Below are positions 44,287 through 45,252 of a stretch of 45,252 nucleotides of DNA, piece after piece. The position numbers and the translations under genes were made by a program. This stretch comes from Thermoprotei archaeon (GTDB taxonomy: Archaea > Thermoproteota > Thermoprotei_A > Sulfolobales > NBVN01). The notes below the pieces were generated by a model. The model did not search any database. It was not told the origin of the DNA and saw nothing but the letters and a program-made list of their open reading frames with translations. The stretch covers positions 1 through 45,252 of the forward strand of contig QMWS01000001.1 of assembly GCA_003661745.1 (NCBI GenBank), in the 5' to 3' direction. Every line of letters starts with the position of its first letter. The stretch's first letter is position 1.

Positions 44287-45252
44287 ATGAGACACATAGG
44301 TATTGCGATTGTTTTGTTATTGATTTCAGTTGCTGTTGCAGATAGCTACTCTGCAACTGTTAGACGGGGAGAGTACATTGTTTTTTCAGATTATGCATTG
44401 AAGCTTGAAGATGTGTTTACTTACAATGGTACGAAGTTTGCATACTTTACAATGAAACGCTCTTGTAGCGATTACTGGTCAGGAACTGTTGCGGAAAATA
44501 CATCTCGTTCAGTAAATTCTGACATCTCCTTGTATGTTGGGCAGGTTCTACTTGCGGATGTTGGTGCTGCTGTTGTTACTGTTACTACGACATTTTCAAC
44601 CTCGTTTGGTTTGACATCTACCAATCCTTGTGAAACTACTACTACAACTACTCAGGAGAGTTCAAGTTCTGAAACTGAGCAGGTGTCCTATGCTTTGTAC
44701 ATTGGTGGTGTAGCTGTTACCTCTGGTGTATATGAATGTGAGCAAGCTGAATTGGTTGTAAATGTTTCAACATACAAAGTTGAGATAGAACCACAGGAAT
44801 GTGCGTTGGTTCTTGGTTCTACAATAGAGGGTTCTAAGTTGGACATTGTTCTTTCACCAAAGTGTATGTTGAACATATCCGTTGAACCTGTTTACATAAC
44901 TTTGCCTGTTGCTAAGTGGACTTTAAAACCACCTCATAGTGTCTCGCAGAGTTATGATGAGAACATTACAAGGTTGCAGAACCAAGTTAGGGATTTGAAT
45001 AGTAAGATAGAGAATCTGACAACTATGTTGGATAGGTTATCTGGGCAGATTTCGGAGTTGAACAAAAAAGTTACAGAGGTTCAGAAAACTTCTACTGGGA
45101 AGAATGTAAGTGAGGAAGAAGAGAAGCAGGAGGAGCATGTTATTTCTTACTCTGTTGCTTGTGCCAATAAGACGGGCAATGTCTGGAATTATGATTTGAG
45201 TTCCTGTGGTTCTTCAATGGCGGTTACTATATTTGACAATAATCAACCTGCT
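44287..45252 (+). CDS. surface/secreted glycoprotein candidate (partial; 322 codons, no stop before window edge)
   Basis: Translated by hand, and absent from the ORF track because it has no stop codon. Signal-peptide-like MRHIGIAIVLLLISVAVA, a Thr/Ser-rich linker (TTTFSTSFGLTSTNPCETTTTTTQESSSSE), the coiled-coil segment ITRLQNQVRDLNSKIENLTTMLDRLSGQISELNKKV, and 8 N-x-S/T sequons. Confidence 0.8.
   Translation, partial: MRHIGIAIVLLLISVAVADSYSATVRRGEYIVFSDYALKLEDVFTYNGTKFAYFTMKRSCSDYWSGTVAENTSRSVNSDISLYVGQVLLADVGAAVVTVTTTFSTSFGLTSTNPCETTTTTTQESSSSETEQVSYALYIGGVAVTSGVYECEQAELVVNVSTYKVEIEPQECALVLGSTIEGSKLDIVLSPKCMLNISVEPVYITLPVAKWTLKPPHSVSQSYDENITRLQNQVRDLNSKIENLTTMLDRLSGQISELNKKVTEVQKTSTGKNVSEEEEKQEEHVISYSVACANKTGNVWNYDLSSCGSSMAVTIFDNNQPA

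Larger units (their letters stand above)
1..45252. mobile_element. putative archaeal virus/plasmid-like replicon represented as a fold-back (palindromic) dimer; unique unit 22,626 bp, incomplete at the distal end
   Basis: Gene-dense array of short co-directional ORFs. One AAA+/MCM-like gene next to iterons, many small DNA-binding proteins and no cellular housekeeping genes. Archaeal-type TATA and SD signals. Confidence 0.6.
22627..45252. repeat. right arm of perfect whole-window inverted repeat
   Basis: Reverse complement of 1..22626. Confidence 0.97.

Noticed and set aside
1-45252. Interpreting the two arms as terminal inverted repeats of a transposon, or as two inverted prophage copies
   Set aside because: There is no unique sequence between the arms (zero spacer), no flanking host DNA and no transposase or integrase. 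The structure is a fold-back of one unit, not TIRs around cargo.
1-45252. Alternative genetic code or stop-codon reassignment
   Set aside because: ORFs terminate cleanly at TAA, TAG and TGA with tight stop/start coupling, and no in-frame stops interrupt otherwise continuous coding regions.

Overview
The window is a single perfect palindrome. Base x pairs with base 45253-x, the axis lies between 22626 and 22627 (GGAT|ATCC), and there is no spacer, so only 22,626 bp are unique. Each arm is an AT-rich, gene-dense unit of about 48 short genes that resembles an archaeal virus or plasmid. The archaeal assignment rests on TATA boxes (TTTTTAAA type) 26-29 nt upstream of the first start codon of each operon, GGAGGTGA Shine-Dalgarno sites before internal genes, and exported proteins dense in N-glycosylation sequons. 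All but two genes per arm are transcribed away from the axis. Reading outward from the axis on the right arm:
- about 0.7 kb of gene-free DNA full of local hairpins
- a 137-aa gene of atypical composition
- an 850-bp non-coding region holding six helically phased GTATTAC iterons and a possible small RNA
- a 594-aa AAA+/MCM-like ATPase
- many small HTH, wHTH, zinc-ribbon and AbrB-like proteins
- membrane proteins, including a YdjM-like hydrolase
- a tandem array of at least eight divergent Cys-motif helical paralogs
- a JAB-like protease candidate
- a tandem Myb-like protein
- a signal-peptide glycoprotein gene cut by the window edge

The sense strand is strongly depleted in C. I recognised no rRNA, tRNA, CRISPR array, integrase, transposase, DNA polymerase, capsid gene or terminase. 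Left-arm features are exact reverse-complement copies of right-arm features. Many ORF-track starts are probably too far upstream, and likelier starts are noted per feature.
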